DNA of 58,063 nt, taken from Candidatus Iainarchaeum sp. GTDB taxonomy: Archaea; Micrarchaeota; Micrarchaeia; Burarchaeales; Fermentimicrarchaeaceae. The position numbers and the translations under genes were made by a program. Location: NCBI GenBank assembly GCA_028714235.1, contig JAQTMQ010000004.1:1-58063 (forward strand). Direction: 5' to 3'. The notes beneath the pieces were generated by a model, which worked only from the letters and a program-made list of their open reading frames with translations, had not been told where the DNA came from and did no database searches. This document shows, piece by piece, positions 8,714 through 18,023 of the stretch. The first letter of the stretch is position 1, and each line of letters begins with the position of its first letter.

Positions 8714-9532
8714 ATGCAGCAATCGTTTCGGCGGGCGGGCTTAGGGGCGACGAGGCCGGAAGCCAAGGCGTGGAAGCCGTTCGTGCTTCCGTCCGCGGGC
8801 GACGAGGAGAAACTGCTTGAGTTGTTTACGGTTGCCGACCACGCGGGCAGGCTCGGCGTGCTGAGCGCCGGGCTCATGCGCGCGAACCTTCCGGAAACGA
8901 TACGCGTCGGCGTCATGGCGCTCCTGAAGAAACGGGAGGGCGCCGAAGAGCAGCGCAACGACTGCATCGGCGACGTCCTCAGGAACGGCCCTCCGGAAAC
9001 CGTGGCTTTCATGGTCAGCAAGGCAACCCGGGAAAAGCGCTGGGACGTGCTCGGGCTCGCCGCGGAGGCGTGTGAGGGAAACGTCCGCAGCCTCGCGTTG
9101 AAGCCCTTCGAACGGATAAGCGTGGGCGACATCAGCGAGGCAATAAGAGCAGGGAACGTTTACGCGCTTTCCGCCATCCACCGGTTTTCGCCGCCCTCCG
9201 CGCGCGCGACGCTCCTCAATGAGGCGGAGGTTGCCGCGTCCAGCAACAAGGGGCACTCCTCCAACGCCGCGGCCCATTTCCTCGGCGAGGCGAAGGAGTT
9301 CGGCCGACTTCTCGGCGCAACGGCGAGCGGTAACAACATCGTCTCGGCCAGGGCGAAAAACGCGGTGAGGCGGTTCGCCGCGGAGCGCGACGTCCAGGTG
9401 GCAAGAGCCGCGAGGGACGCCCGCGCGCTCGAAGCCATCTCGCTTTACGGCGGAGCGCCCGAACTCCGGGCCAGCGCAAAGGAAGCGCTTGAAAGGCTGG
9501 GGGAAAACGGGCAAGGGGCGGAGCGCAAATAA
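8714..9532 (+). CDS. helical-repeat (HEAT/PBS-lyase-like) protein
   Basis: This is the 3' part of track ORF 7160..9532, taken from the in-frame ATG at 8714. Everything upstream is antisense to rad50. Repeated Ala/Leu/Arg-rich helical units (..VRSLALKPF.., ..ARAAARDARALEAISLYG.., ..ASAKEALERLG). The family call is tentative. Confidence 0.5.
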   Translation: MQQSFRRAGLGATRPEAKAWKPFVLPSAGDEEKLLELFTVADHAGRLGVLSAGLMRANLPETIRVGVMALLKKREGAEEQRNDCIGDVLRNGPPETVAFMVSKATREKRWDVLGLAAEACEGNVRSLALKPFERISVGDISEAIRAGNVYALSAIHRFSPPSARATLLNEAEVAASSNKGHSSNAAAHFLGEAKEFGRLLGATASGNNIVSARAKNAVRRFAAERDVQVARAARDARALEAISLYGGAPELRASAKEALERLGENGQGAERK

Positions 9533-9556
9533 ACACCGGAACCCAAGAATTCAGCC

Positions 9557-10042
9557 ATGTCCCAAACGTTTTTCGCGGACGCGATGCACAAGAAGCTCGC
9601 GCGCTGGCTCCGCATCTTCGGCGCGGACGCGGAATACCTGGAAACGGGCGACAACGAGGTGCTTGAAAGGCTGCGCAAAAGCCCGGAGCGCGTCCTGCTG
9701 ACCCAGGACGTGCAGCTTCACGCGCGCGCCGTGAAGCGCGGCTTCAAATCATTCCTCGTGCCAAGGGACGCCGCAGTCGAAGAGCAGGTCGCGCTCATTT
9801 TCGGGAAGTACGGCATCCCCTTGGGCGACTTCCCGTCAAAAACGGTTTGCCCGCAATGCAACGGCGCGCTGAAACCGGCGGGGAAGGGCGAGGTCGCGGG
9901 CAGGGTCCCGGAAAAGGTTTTCGCGCGCCACGAGAAGTACTGGTCTTGCGCGAAATGCAAAAAAGCCTACTGGGAGGGGACGCACTGGCAGAAAATCAGC
10001 GAGGCGGCCGGGAGGGTGAAGAAAAGGATGGGTGGAGGCTGA
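9557..10042 (+). CDS. Mut7-C (PIN-like) RNase-domain protein with a C-terminal zinc ribbon
   Basis: N-terminal FFADAMHKKLARWLRIFGADAEY is typical of Mut7-C/DUF82. C-terminal CPQCNG...CAKCKKAYWEGTHW is the zinc ribbon. Confidence 0.75.
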   Translation: MSQTFFADAMHKKLARWLRIFGADAEYLETGDNEVLERLRKSPERVLLTQDVQLHARAVKRGFKSFLVPRDAAVEEQVALIFGKYGIPLGDFPSKTVCPQCNGALKPAGKGEVAGRVPEKVFARHEKYWSCAKCKKAYWEGTHWQKISEAAGRVKKRMGGG

Positions 10043-10047
10043 CGGCT

Positions 10048-10299
10048 TCACGAGATCAGCGTGACGTCGTCGGTCTGCACCTCGCTTACCCCCTTGATTT
10101 TGCATATCTCCTCTTCGACGTTTCCCGCGCCTTCCTTGTCGTCCCTTATTATTATGACCTTGAAGGCGTTCAGCCCGCCGAAAATCGGGACCTCTATCAG
10201 CTGGGTGGGCTTGATTGCCGCCATCACTTCCGCCTTCACCCGGTCTTGGACTTCCATGCTCTCCGGGTAAACCTTCAGCGTTATCGCGACTTTCCCCAT
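10048..10299 (-). CDS. ef1b: translation elongation factor aEF-1 beta
   Basis: MGKVAITLKVYPESMEV....IFGGLNAFKVIIIRDDKEGAGNVEEEICKIKGVSEVQ matches the archaeal EF-1beta pattern and its roughly 85-aa size. The track ORF (to 10461) has an Arg/Pro-rich false N-terminal extension. Confidence 0.8.
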   Translation of the reverse strand: MGKVAITLKVYPESMEVQDRVKAEVMAAIKPTQLIEVPIFGGLNAFKVIIIRDDKEGAGNVEEEICKIKGVSEVQTDDVTLIS

Positions 10300-10316
10300 T
10301 TCCACCACCCGCGCGC

Positions 10317-10475
10317 CTAAGGCCCCTGGTTTCCGCACCTGCCGCAAACGTACGGGTTCAGGTTTTCCCTGCAGCTTTGGCAGCGGACTATCTCGGATTC
10401 CCCGCAGTTCGGGCACTTGAGGCACACGTAGTCCTTCGTCTGCCTTCCGCATGAGTTGCAATTCCTTAACGCCAT
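10317..10475 (-). CDS. small Zn-ribbon RNA-binding protein (COG2888-type), the conserved upstream partner of ef1b
   Basis: CNSCGR..CPNCGE..RCQSCR..CGRCGNQGP gives four CxxC knuckles in 52 aa. This gene pair is a widely conserved archaeal arrangement. Start at the internal ATG (MALRNCNSC). Confidence 0.65.
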   Translation of the reverse strand: MALRNCNSCGRQTKDYVCLKCPNCGESEIVRCQSCRENLNPYVCGRCGNQGP

Positions 10476-10650
10476 CCTTCCAACACCCCTTCCTGCCCTA
10501 AAAAGCATGAATTAACGTGGAAACCCTTGTTTTACGCGGGCAACATATAAAAACGCACCAGCCCTTCGTTTTGCGTCGTAGGCATAACAGCGCGCTTTTT
10601 ATTGGTGGCGCGCCAAAATCGTGTTTTCTGTTGTTGCTCGGTGCGCGCGC

Positions 10651-11847
10651 ATGGAAGGCTTAATTGAAAAGGTGGCCAGAGGCGAAATAAAGCTGCACGA
10701 GATTGAGGGCCGCCTGTCCCCGGACGAAGGCGGCAAGGCCGTGGCAGTCAGGCGGAAGGCCGTGGAAAAGATGACCGGGAAGTCGCTTTGGCAGGTGGGC
10801 AGCCACACGATTGACTTGGCGGCGGTCACGGGAAGGAACATCGACTCGCCAATCGGGGCGGTGCAGGTTCCGGTCGGGGTCGCGGGCCCGGTGAAAGTAA
10901 GGGGCGGGAGCGCGAGCGGCGAATACCCGATATTCCTTGCGACGACCGAAGGCGCGCTCGTGGCAAGCGTGAACCGGGGCTGCAGCTGCATAAACAAGGC
11001 GGGCGGCGCGACCGCCGCGATAATCCGGGACGAGATGACGCGCGCCCCGGTCTTCAAGACGAAGTCCATCAAGGATTCGATGGCGTTCGTTTCATGGGTT
11101 TGCGAGCACTTCCAGGCAATCAAGGCTGAAGCGGAAACCACTACGCGGCACGGGAAGCTGAAGTCGATCGCCCCGTTCTACATCGGGAGGAACGTGTGGC
11201 TCCGCTTCGCGTACGAGACCGGCGACGCGGCCGGCCTGAACATGGTGACTATTGCCACCCAGAAGGCCGCGGATTACATAGCGTCAAGGCAGAAGCTCGC
11301 GAAAATCGTCGCGCTTTCCGGGAACGTGTGCGTTGACAAGAAGGCGAGCGGACTCAACTTCGTCCTGGGCAGGGGGAAGACGGTCGTCGCCGAAGCCGTA
11401 ATCCCGAGGAAGGTGCTGAAGGAGGTCCTGAAGTGCTCGCCCGAAGAGTTCGCGGAAGTCAACTACAGGAAAAACCTGCTCGGCTCGATTCTTGCGAACG
11501 CGCTCTCGTTCAACGCGCACCAGGCGAACATAATCGCCGCGGCGTTCATCGCGCTCGGCCAGGACGCGGCGCACGTCGTTGACGGCAGCATGGGCGTGAC
11601 GACCGCGGAGCTGGACGGGAACGGGGACCTTTACGTTTCGGTCACCATCCCTGCCCTCTACGTTGCCACAATCGGCGGCGGCACGAGGATTGAGACGCAG
11701 AGGGAGCTCCTCGGGGCGACGGGCGCGAAGAGCTCGCGGGAGCTCGCGGAGATAATCTCGGTCGCCGCGCTCGCAGGGGAAATCTCGCTCATCGGCGCCC
11801 TCGCGACGGGCACGCTCGCGACAGCGCACGCGCGCCTCGGAAGGTAG
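10651..11847 (+). CDS. hmgA: 3-hydroxy-3-methylglutaryl-CoA reductase (class I, archaeal)
   Basis: Motifs TTEGALVASVNRGC, GDAAGLNMVT, GNVCVDKKASGLNF and ATIGGGTRIETQ. ATG at 10651 (MEGLIEKVARGEIKLHEIE). Confidence 0.9.
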   Translation: MEGLIEKVARGEIKLHEIEGRLSPDEGGKAVAVRRKAVEKMTGKSLWQVGSHTIDLAAVTGRNIDSPIGAVQVPVGVAGPVKVRGGSASGEYPIFLATTEGALVASVNRGCSCINKAGGATAAIIRDEMTRAPVFKTKSIKDSMAFVSWVCEHFQAIKAEAETTTRHGKLKSIAPFYIGRNVWLRFAYETGDAAGLNMVTIATQKAADYIASRQKLAKIVALSGNVCVDKKASGLNFVLGRGKTVVAEAVIPRKVLKEVLKCSPEEFAEVNYRKNLLGSILANALSFNAHQANIIAAAFIALGQDAAHVVDGSMGVTTAELDGNGDLYVSVTIPALYVATIGGGTRIETQRELLGATGAKSSRELAEIISVAALAGEISLIGALATGTLATAHARLGR

Positions 11848-11874
11848 CGCGAAACAGCAATCGCATTTGCCAGG

Positions 11875-13722
11875 ATGGTATGCCTTATGGATGAAAAAGA
11901 CCTTTTCGCCTTATTCGCCCTCGCGCTTCTCGCGCTCGCGCTCTCGCTTTCTACCGCCGACCAAGAGTTTTTGCTCACGCAGCAGTCTTTCTCGAACGCG
12001 CTCGCGATTGAATCCGCGGTGAAAGGCGTCCCGGCCCCGGCGGGCCCGGAAAACGTTTCGTGGCCCTACGTTTCGGCGGCGGCGTTCGCCTATTCGCAGG
12101 CCGCGTCCTATGCCGGGGCGCCGCCGCAGTTTGACCCCGGGCTCCTCGTATCCGTCCTCAAGGCGCTCAACGCCGCCTTCGCGCTCGCTTCGGCCGCCGC
12201 GTTCTATTTCGCGCTCAGGCAGTTCTATTCCCGCGAGGCGAGCGCTTTCGGCTCCGCGATGGCCGTCGCCTCCATCCCGGCCCTCGGCATATTCCTCTCC
12301 GGCATCGCGGTGCCGTCCTCCCTCGGGCTTGCCGCTTTCGCGTGCGCGGCAGCACTGCTTTCAAAGGGGTTGAAGGAATCGGCGAAAGGCACGGCCCAGG
12401 GAATCGCTTTCGGCGCGCTCGCCGGACTGGCCGCCGCCTTCTCGGTTGCGGCGTGGAGCGGCGCAATCCTCGCATTCATGGCCGCGGGCGCGGGCGCGCT
12501 CGCGCAGGCGGCATACTCAAGCTTCAGGAAGGAGGGGGGTTCGCTCCTGCCCTGCGCGCTCGCGTTCGTCGCCTTGGGCGCGGCCGGGGCCGCGCTCGCC
12601 GGATTCGGCGCGCTTCCCGCGGCCGATTTCTCGGCACCGGCGGCCTCGTTCCTTCTCTTCGCCCCGCTTGCGGCCGTCGCGCTCGTCCTCGCGCTGCTGA
12701 AGGCATCAGGCAGGCACCAGGCGGAGTTCCCCGACGTTTTCGCCTTGGCGTTTGCGGCGTCGTCGCTCGCCGCGTCCGTTTTCTCGCCTGCTGCCGCGCT
12801 TCCCGGGCTCGCGGTCATGGCCGCGTTCGCGGTGGAGGGCCTGCCTTCCGCGCTCGGCGGCAGAATCCAGGCGACGCTCGCAACCGGCTTGGTCGCGGGC
12901 TTTGCCGCGTTCGTTTTCCTTTCGGGCTTCGTTTCAGCCGAGGTTTCGGGCGTGGTCGGCGCGCTTCTCGCGCTCGCTGGCGGGATTGCGGCGTCGACCC
13001 ACGGCGGGCCCAAAGCGAAGGAGATGATAGGCTTCGCGTTCGCGGGCATGCTCGCCTTCGCCTCCATAACCTCCGCGCTCCTGCTTGCCCAGAGCCAGTC
13101 AAGCCCGGTCGCGCCGGAGCTCGCGGCCGCCCTCTCATGGATGGCCGCGAACACCCCGCAGGACTCGGTGGTTGCGGTCGCGGCGCAGCCCGAGATGGTG
13201 GCGTTCATTTCACAGCGGAAGGCGCTCGTGGAAGGCGTGCCGGAATGGCTTTTGAGCAACCAGAGCTCGGCCGCCCTTGCCGCGCTCGGCGCGGACTACT
13301 TGGTGATGGACTACTCCTATTTCGACGGAATCGAGCGCATGAAGAACCAGACGAACAGCGCCTCGGTGCGCATTGACTCGTTTTACCCGGTCATGCGGTT
13401 CAGCTCCGGCGATTATGCCGGCTACTGGGAGTTCTACTCGCAGGGCAGCGGCACGATAGCGCTCCTGCCAATCGAGCTGTCCGGCCAGGCCCGGATTCCG
13501 GACGCCGCGCTCATCACGCCCGACGGCGCCCAGCGCACGGTCCCGTTCGCGAGGTTCCTGCTACTCAAGGATTCGGACGGCCTCATCGCGCGCGCGATAC
13601 TCCCGACTTCGGGCTACAGCGTCAACCTGTTCAACGCGTTTTTCGCCAGCGTCCCCGGCCTCGCAAAGGCCTACCCGGCGGGGGAAGGCGTGTCCCGCGT
13701 TTACTCGGTGGGTGCCGGATGA
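11875..13722 (+). CDS. polytopic GT-C/STT3-like membrane protein lacking the WWDYG motif
   Basis: About 13 Ala-rich TM segments plus a soluble C-terminal domain. ALSWMAANTPQDSVVAVAAQPEMVAFISQRKALVEG...GADYLVMDY aligns by eye with AglB PMNWIRANVENDTRVVSWWDYGHWINFFGQKNALTRN...DAGYVLMDY from the same window. It starts 27 nt after the hmgA stop and has a 4-nt ATGA overlap with the next gene. Confidence 0.6.
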   Translation: MVCLMDEKDLFALFALALLALALSLSTADQEFLLTQQSFSNALAIESAVKGVPAPAGPENVSWPYVSAAAFAYSQAASYAGAPPQFDPGLLVSVLKALNAAFALASAAAFYFALRQFYSREASAFGSAMAVASIPALGIFLSGIAVPSSLGLAAFACAAALLSKGLKESAKGTAQGIAFGALAGLAAAFSVAAWSGAILAFMAAGAGALAQAAYSSFRKEGGSLLPCALAFVALGAAGAALAGFGALPAADFSAPAASFLLFAPLAAVALVLALLKASGRHQAEFPDVFALAFAASSLAASVFSPAAALPGLAVMAAFAVEGLPSALGGRIQATLATGLVAGFAAFVFLSGFVSAEVSGVVGALLALAGGIAASTHGGPKAKEMIGFAFAGMLAFASITSALLLAQSQSSPVAPELAAALSWMAANTPQDSVVAVAAQPEMVAFISQRKALVEGVPEWLLSNQSSAALAALGADYLVMDYSYFDGIERMKNQTNSASVRIDSFYPVMRFSSGDYAGYWEFYSQGSGTIALLPIELSGQARIPDAALITPDGAQRTVPFARFLLLKDSDGLIARAILPTSGYSVNLFNAFFASVPGLAKAYPAGEGVSRVYSVGAG

Positions 13723-14747
13723 ACCTTGACTTCTACGTTTCGTGCGTGCTCATAACCTTGGCGGCCTTCGCTACCGTGCTCGTCGTCGCCCCTAAGGTAA
13801 TCAGGCGGATGCTCGCGAAAGGCGTCGTTTCCCCGGACGCGAACAAGCCGGGAAAGCCGCTCGTCCCCAAATACGGGGGAATCGCGCTCGTGCTCGGGTT
13901 CACGATTGCCGCCCTGATCTCGCTGCAGCTGCGCTCGGCAAGCCTGAACTTCACGCTGATGCTCGCGGCAATCTGCTCGAGCGTCATAATCGCGCTCGTG
14001 GGCCTCGTTGACGACGTCCTCGACGTCCCGGACAGGTACCGCGTCCTGCTCCCGCTTTTCGCCGCCCTGCCCCTCATGGTGGTGAAGGCCGGGAGCTCGA
14101 CCATGAACTTCTACCTTTTCGCAATCAACTTCGACCTCGGAATCTATTACATTCCGCTCCTCGGCCCGATTACCCTCAACCTTTACGGCCTCCTGCTCAT
14201 CCCGCTCGGCGTCGTCGCGTGCTCGAACCTCGTGAACCTGCTCGCGGGCTTCAACGGCCTCGAGGCGGGCGTCGGGTGCGTCGCCGCGTTCTTTCTCGCC
14301 CTCTGCGCCGTGTTCCTCGGCCTGCAGGGCTGGCCCGGCGCGACCGAGGCCGCATTCCTCATGTTCGCGCTGCTCGGCGCGTGCGCGGGCTTCCTGTTGT
14401 TCAACTGGTTCCCGGCGAAAGCGTTCCCCGGCAACTCGGTCACCTACCTCATCGGCGCGGCGATAGTGAGCGCGGTGGTGATAGGCAACTTCGAGAAGGC
14501 CGGGGTAATCGCCCTGACGCCCCAGATAGCGGAATTCTTCCTCAAGGCGCGCTCCGGGTTCAGGGCGGAGAACTTCGGGAAGCCGGATGCGCGGGGAAGG
14601 CTGCATTACGAGGGCAACGTTTATTCGCTCACCCACCTGCTCATGAAACGGTTTTCGCCGACCGAAACCGGCCTCGTCCTCATGCTTCTCGCAATCCAGG
14701 CGTTCTTCGGAGTGCTCGCGCTAATCTCGGTAGTCTTCTTCGTGTGA
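13719..14747 (+). CDS. polyprenyl-phosphate HexNAc-1-phosphate transferase (MraY/WecA/AglH family)
   Basis: Multi-TM protein with VDDVLDVPDRYR (DDxxD) and NLVNLLAGFNGLEAG motifs typical of this family. It is AglH/GPT-like, the initiating enzyme for dolichol-linked glycans. Confidence 0.8.
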   Translation: MNLDFYVSCVLITLAAFATVLVVAPKVIRRMLAKGVVSPDANKPGKPLVPKYGGIALVLGFTIAALISLQLRSASLNFTLMLAAICSSVIIALVGLVDDVLDVPDRYRVLLPLFAALPLMVVKAGSSTMNFYLFAINFDLGIYYIPLLGPITLNLYGLLLIPLGVVACSNLVNLLAGFNGLEAGVGCVAAFFLALCAVFLGLQGWPGATEAAFLMFALLGACAGFLLFNWFPAKAFPGNSVTYLIGAAIVSAVVIGNFEKAGVIALTPQIAEFFLKARSGFRAENFGKPDARGRLHYEGNVYSLTHLLMKRFSPTETGLVLMLLAIQAFFGVLALISVVFFV

Positions 14748-14760
14748 CGCCGCGCCGGGC

Positions 14761-15498
14761 CTACTTTCGCGTGACGAGCTCAATCGTGCTTATGGTCTCG
14801 TTAAGCTGCTCGTAGTCCGCGGTGCGCCCGATGTCGAGCCAGTAGTCGTCGAAAACGTATGCGTCGAGCACCTCGTTTCCCGCAAGCATCTTCGGGAAAA
14901 CGTTTTTCGCGAAATCGTCGTATTCGCTTATGTAGTCGAACACCTCGGGCTCGAACGCGTACATGCCGGCGTTGACGAGGTTTTCCACGATGGGCTTCTC
15001 GTCGAAGCGCGCAATCCTGCCCTTTCCGTCGAGGTGCGCGACCCCGTATTCGAGCGGCACTCCGGTCCGCTTGAGGGCGAGCGTCGCGATGCCCGGCGTC
15101 CTCCTGTGGTACGCGAACAGCGCGCGCAGCTCCACGCTCGTCAGGTGGTCCCCCATGACCACGAGGAACGTCCCGCCCGAAAGCTCCTTTTTCGCGGGAA
15201 GGATTGAGCCCGCCGTGTTGAGGGGCTTGTCCGCGTCCTCGGGAAAATACTTGATTTTCACGCCGAACCTGGAGCCGTTCCCGAAGTAGTCCATTATCTG
15301 CTCCTTCCTGTACCCGACGGTGAGGGCGAGGTCCTTGAAGCCGTTCGCCTTCAGGTTGCCGATGACGAACTCGAGAATCGGCTTCTTGCCGAGCGGGAGC
15401 ATGGGCTTGGGGATTGAGTAGGTGTAGGGCCTCAGCCTCGTTCCCATTCCGCCGCACAAAACAACCGCTTTCGCCATAAAACGCACCCTTCCGCTCAC
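14761..15498 (-). CDS. sugar-1-phosphate nucleotidylyltransferase (short form, no LbH domain)
   Basis: AVVLCGGMGTRLRPYTYSIPKPMLP is the G-x-G-T-R-L signature. The start at 15498 gives a 4-nt overlap with the glmM stop; an alternative ATG is at 15477. Confidence 0.8.
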   Translation of the reverse strand: MSGRVRFMAKAVVLCGGMGTRLRPYTYSIPKPMLPLGKKPILEFVIGNLKANGFKDLALTVGYRKEQIMDYFGNGSRFGVKIKYFPEDADKPLNTAGSILPAKKELSGGTFLVVMGDHLTSVELRALFAYHRRTPGIATLALKRTGVPLEYGVAHLDGKGRIARFDEKPIVENLVNAGMYAFEPEVFDYISEYDDFAKNVFPKMLAGNEVLDAYVFDDYWLDIGRTADYEQLNETISTIELVTRK

Positions 15499-16874
15499 TT
15501 CCTTCCGGTCCTGCCAACTATTTCTTCAACCTTCCTTTTATACTTGGAGAGGAGCGCGTCCGCCTCGTCCCGCGTTCTCGCCTCCGAAAACACCCTGAAG
15601 TAGTTCTCCGTGCCGCTCGGGCGCGCGATGACCCACGCTCCGCCCGGGAAATCGAGGCGGATGCCGTCGACGACGTTTGCCCGCGCGCCGGGCTCCCTCG
15701 AAAATTCTTTCCTGATTGCCGCAAGCGTCCGCGCCTTGTCCCCGCTTCCCGCGTCCACCTTGCTTTTCGCGTTGAAGAACCCGGGCAGTTCGCCAATAAG
15801 CCTCGAAAGCGGTTTTCCCGCCCTGCACGTTTCCTCCACGACTTTCGCCGCGGTCATGAAGCCGTCCTTGCCGAAAGAGATTTCCGGCCAAACAACCCCT
15901 CCGACCTCCTCTCCCCCAAGGACGGCGCCCGTTTTCGCCATCCTTTCCGCAATGTAAGGCGCGCCCACGGGAACGTAGTCAATCCTTCCCCCCGCCTTCT
16001 CCGCAACCTCCTTCACGACGTTGCCGGTCGCGACGGTGGTCACGACCGCCCCCTTTCCTTCCCTAAGGCGGATTTTCGCGCACAAGGCGAAAGACTTGTC
16101 GCCCCACACGTAGCCGCCCTTCTCGTCAACGAAAATCACCCTGTCGCCGTCCCCGTCCCACGCGATTCCCAAATCCGCGGAAAGCGCCTTCACGCACGCG
16201 ACCAGCCCGGAGACGTTTTCCCGCGTGGGCTCCGAGTTCCTTCCCGGGAAAAACCCGTCCGCTTGCGCGTTCAGCGTCACGACCTTGCACCCGAGCTCGC
16301 GGAAAAGGCGGGGAGCGAACGCCCCGGCGACCCCGTTCCCGCAGTCGAGCACGACGAAGGGAGCGCGTTTCTTGACCGCCTTCACGTCAGTCTTCGCCAA
16401 AATCGCGTCAGCGTGCTCGCGGGAAGCGAGCTCGTACCGCGCCACTTCCTTAAGTTCGCTCCATTCCGCGCGCCGGATTTTCCCGGACTCGAAAACCTTT
16501 TCGATGGCCTCGCCTTTCTCGCGCGAAATCCCTATCCCTTCCCTTCCCATGAGCTTGAGCGCGTTCCACTCGGGCGGGTTGTGCGAGGCGGTGACGATCA
16601 CGCCCCCCGCCGCCCCGCTCCGCTTGGCCTCGAACTCTACGGTGGGCGAAGCCGCGACGCCCAAGTCCACCACTTCGCAGCCGGCTGAAATCAGGCCCGC
16701 AATCGCGGCGTGCTTCACCATCTCGCGCGAAGTCCTCGTGTCCGTGCCGACGACGACCTTTCCGCCCCCGATGTAGGCGGCGAAGGCGGCGCACATCCCA
16801 GAAACGAATTCCGGCGTGAGCAGGCCGAGTTTCCCCCTCACCCCGTAAGTCCCGAAATATTTCGCCATAAACAC
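15495..16874 (-). CDS. glmM: phosphoglucosamine / phosphohexose mutase
   Basis: Active-site TASHNPPEWNALK, metal loop DGDGDR, and the YFGTYGVRG N-terminus. Confidence 0.85.
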   Translation of the reverse strand: MFMAKYFGTYGVRGKLGLLTPEFVSGMCAAFAAYIGGGKVVVGTDTRTSREMVKHAAIAGLISAGCEVVDLGVAASPTVEFEAKRSGAAGGVIVTASHNPPEWNALKLMGREGIGISREKGEAIEKVFESGKIRRAEWSELKEVARYELASREHADAILAKTDVKAVKKRAPFVVLDCGNGVAGAFAPRLFRELGCKVVTLNAQADGFFPGRNSEPTRENVSGLVACVKALSADLGIAWDGDGDRVIFVDEKGGYVWGDKSFALCAKIRLREGKGAVVTTVATGNVVKEVAEKAGGRIDYVPVGAPYIAERMAKTGAVLGGEEVGGVVWPEISFGKDGFMTAAKVVEETCRAGKPLSRLIGELPGFFNAKSKVDAGSGDKARTLAAIRKEFSREPGARANVVDGIRLDFPGGAWVIARPSGTENYFRVFSEARTRDEADALLSKYKRKVEEIVGRTGRK

Positions 16875-16931
16875 ACCAATTGAACATCCGGATGAATTAA
16901 AGGCTGCCGCACCGAAATGGGCGGCCGCGGC

Positions 16932-17888
16932 TCACCCCATGAAATGCTTCTTGAACTTCCGCCCGAAAACGCGCACCGTCCCCCCGAGCCAGAGCATCCT
17001 GCCCATCGCGTCTCCGGTACGCGGGCTGAAGCGCGGGGGAAGCCGCTTGAACGCGTCAAGCATCCCCCGAAAAGACGCCATGGCGGCGCCAGGCTTGAGG
17101 AAGACCACGAACAGCACCGCGATGGCAAGCGAGGACGCGAAGGCCATCGGGAGCAGCCAGATTGCGTCGCGCGTACGCGCGTTCTTCCAGACCGTCCAGA
17201 ACTTGTTCCTCATAATGTAATAATACTTGTACGCCTTCTGCGAGGGGGCGTACCTGTGGTAGGCGACGGACTCGGGGACGAACACGACGCGCAAGCCCGA
17301 GTTCCAGACCTTCCAGCCGAGGTCCACGTCTTCGTCGTAAAGGAAGTATGACTCGTCGAAGCCGCCGATTCGCGCGTAAAGCCCGCGCCTGATGGCAAAC
17401 GACGCGCCGCAGGGGGCGAAGAGTTCGAACGCCTCCGAAAAAGAGCTCCTCGGAACCGCGTCGCCGAGGGAGCCGCTCACGCCGATGAATGAGAAGAACG
17501 TGCCCGCGCTGTTAATCAGGTCGCGCCTGGAGTAATAAATCACCTTGGAGCTCGTGGCGCCGATTGACGCGTCGCGCTCCATCGGCGCGAGAAGCGTTTC
17601 GAGCCAGTCCGGCTCGACCGTGGCGTCGTAGTTGAGGAACACGAGGAAATCGCCTTGCGCGGCACCCGCCCCGACGTTGTTTGCGCGCGCGAAGCCGACG
17701 TTTCTCCCGTTCCGGATTATTTTCGCCTGCGGATAGTGTTTTTCCACGAAAGCGAGGCTATTGTCCGTGCTTGCGTTGTCAACTACGATTGCCTCGAATC
17801 CACCCCGTTTTTGCGCAAAAAGGGTAAAGAGGCATTCGGGAAGGAATTTTTCCCCGTTCCAGTTCACGATTATGACCGACGCGCGCAT
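16932..17888 (-). CDS. glycosyltransferase family 2
   Basis: SVIIVNWNGEKFL..AIVVDNASTDNS..NVGFARANNVG is the typical GT2 (rhamnosyltransferase-like) N-terminal domain. Confidence 0.85.
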   Translation of the reverse strand: MRASVIIVNWNGEKFLPECLFTLFAQKRGGFEAIVVDNASTDNSLAFVEKHYPQAKIIRNGRNVGFARANNVGAGAAQGDFLVFLNYDATVEPDWLETLLAPMERDASIGATSSKVIYYSRRDLINSAGTFFSFIGVSGSLGDAVPRSSFSEAFELFAPCGASFAIRRGLYARIGGFDESYFLYDEDVDLGWKVWNSGLRVVFVPESVAYHRYAPSQKAYKYYYIMRNKFWTVWKNARTRDAIWLLPMAFASSLAIAVLFVVFLKPGAAMASFRGMLDAFKRLPPRFSPRTGDAMGRMLWLGGTVRVFGRKFKKHFMG

Positions 17889-17984
17889 CGATAGCTTTTC
17901 CGCAAAGCGGCTTTTAAACGCGCGCGGGCCTACCGCTTTTTTTACGCCTGCCCGATTCCATTATAACGGGCGGCCCCAGCAGGG

Positions 17985-17992
17985 TATAAATT
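17985..17992 (+). promoter_or_regulatory. TATA box (TATAAATT) upstream of the radical SAM gene
   Basis: The only strong A/T word in the divergent 135-bp spacer, 32 nt upstream of the ATG at 18024. A second word, CTTTTAAAC (about 17909-17917), faces the minus-strand GT2 gene. Confidence 0.4.
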
Positions 17993-18023
17993 AAGTGCGG
18001 GGTTTAACGGTAATCGGGTTCGA

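Noticed and set aside
3059-10042. XPD helicase, Rad50-like ATPase and Mut7-C nuclease read as a defence island
   Set aside because: The genes lie on alternating strands with their own promoters and are interleaved with a surface-protein gene. Each carries the motifs of the housekeeping repair or RNA-processing family, and I saw no defence-specific domains.
12225-13376. ORFs 12225..13259 (-, 344 aa) and 12342..13376 (+, 344 aa)
   Set aside because: These are alternative frames of the Ala-rich membrane protein gene 11875..13722. Their Arg/Pro/Ala-biased composition and lack of TM or other motifs mark them as spurious.
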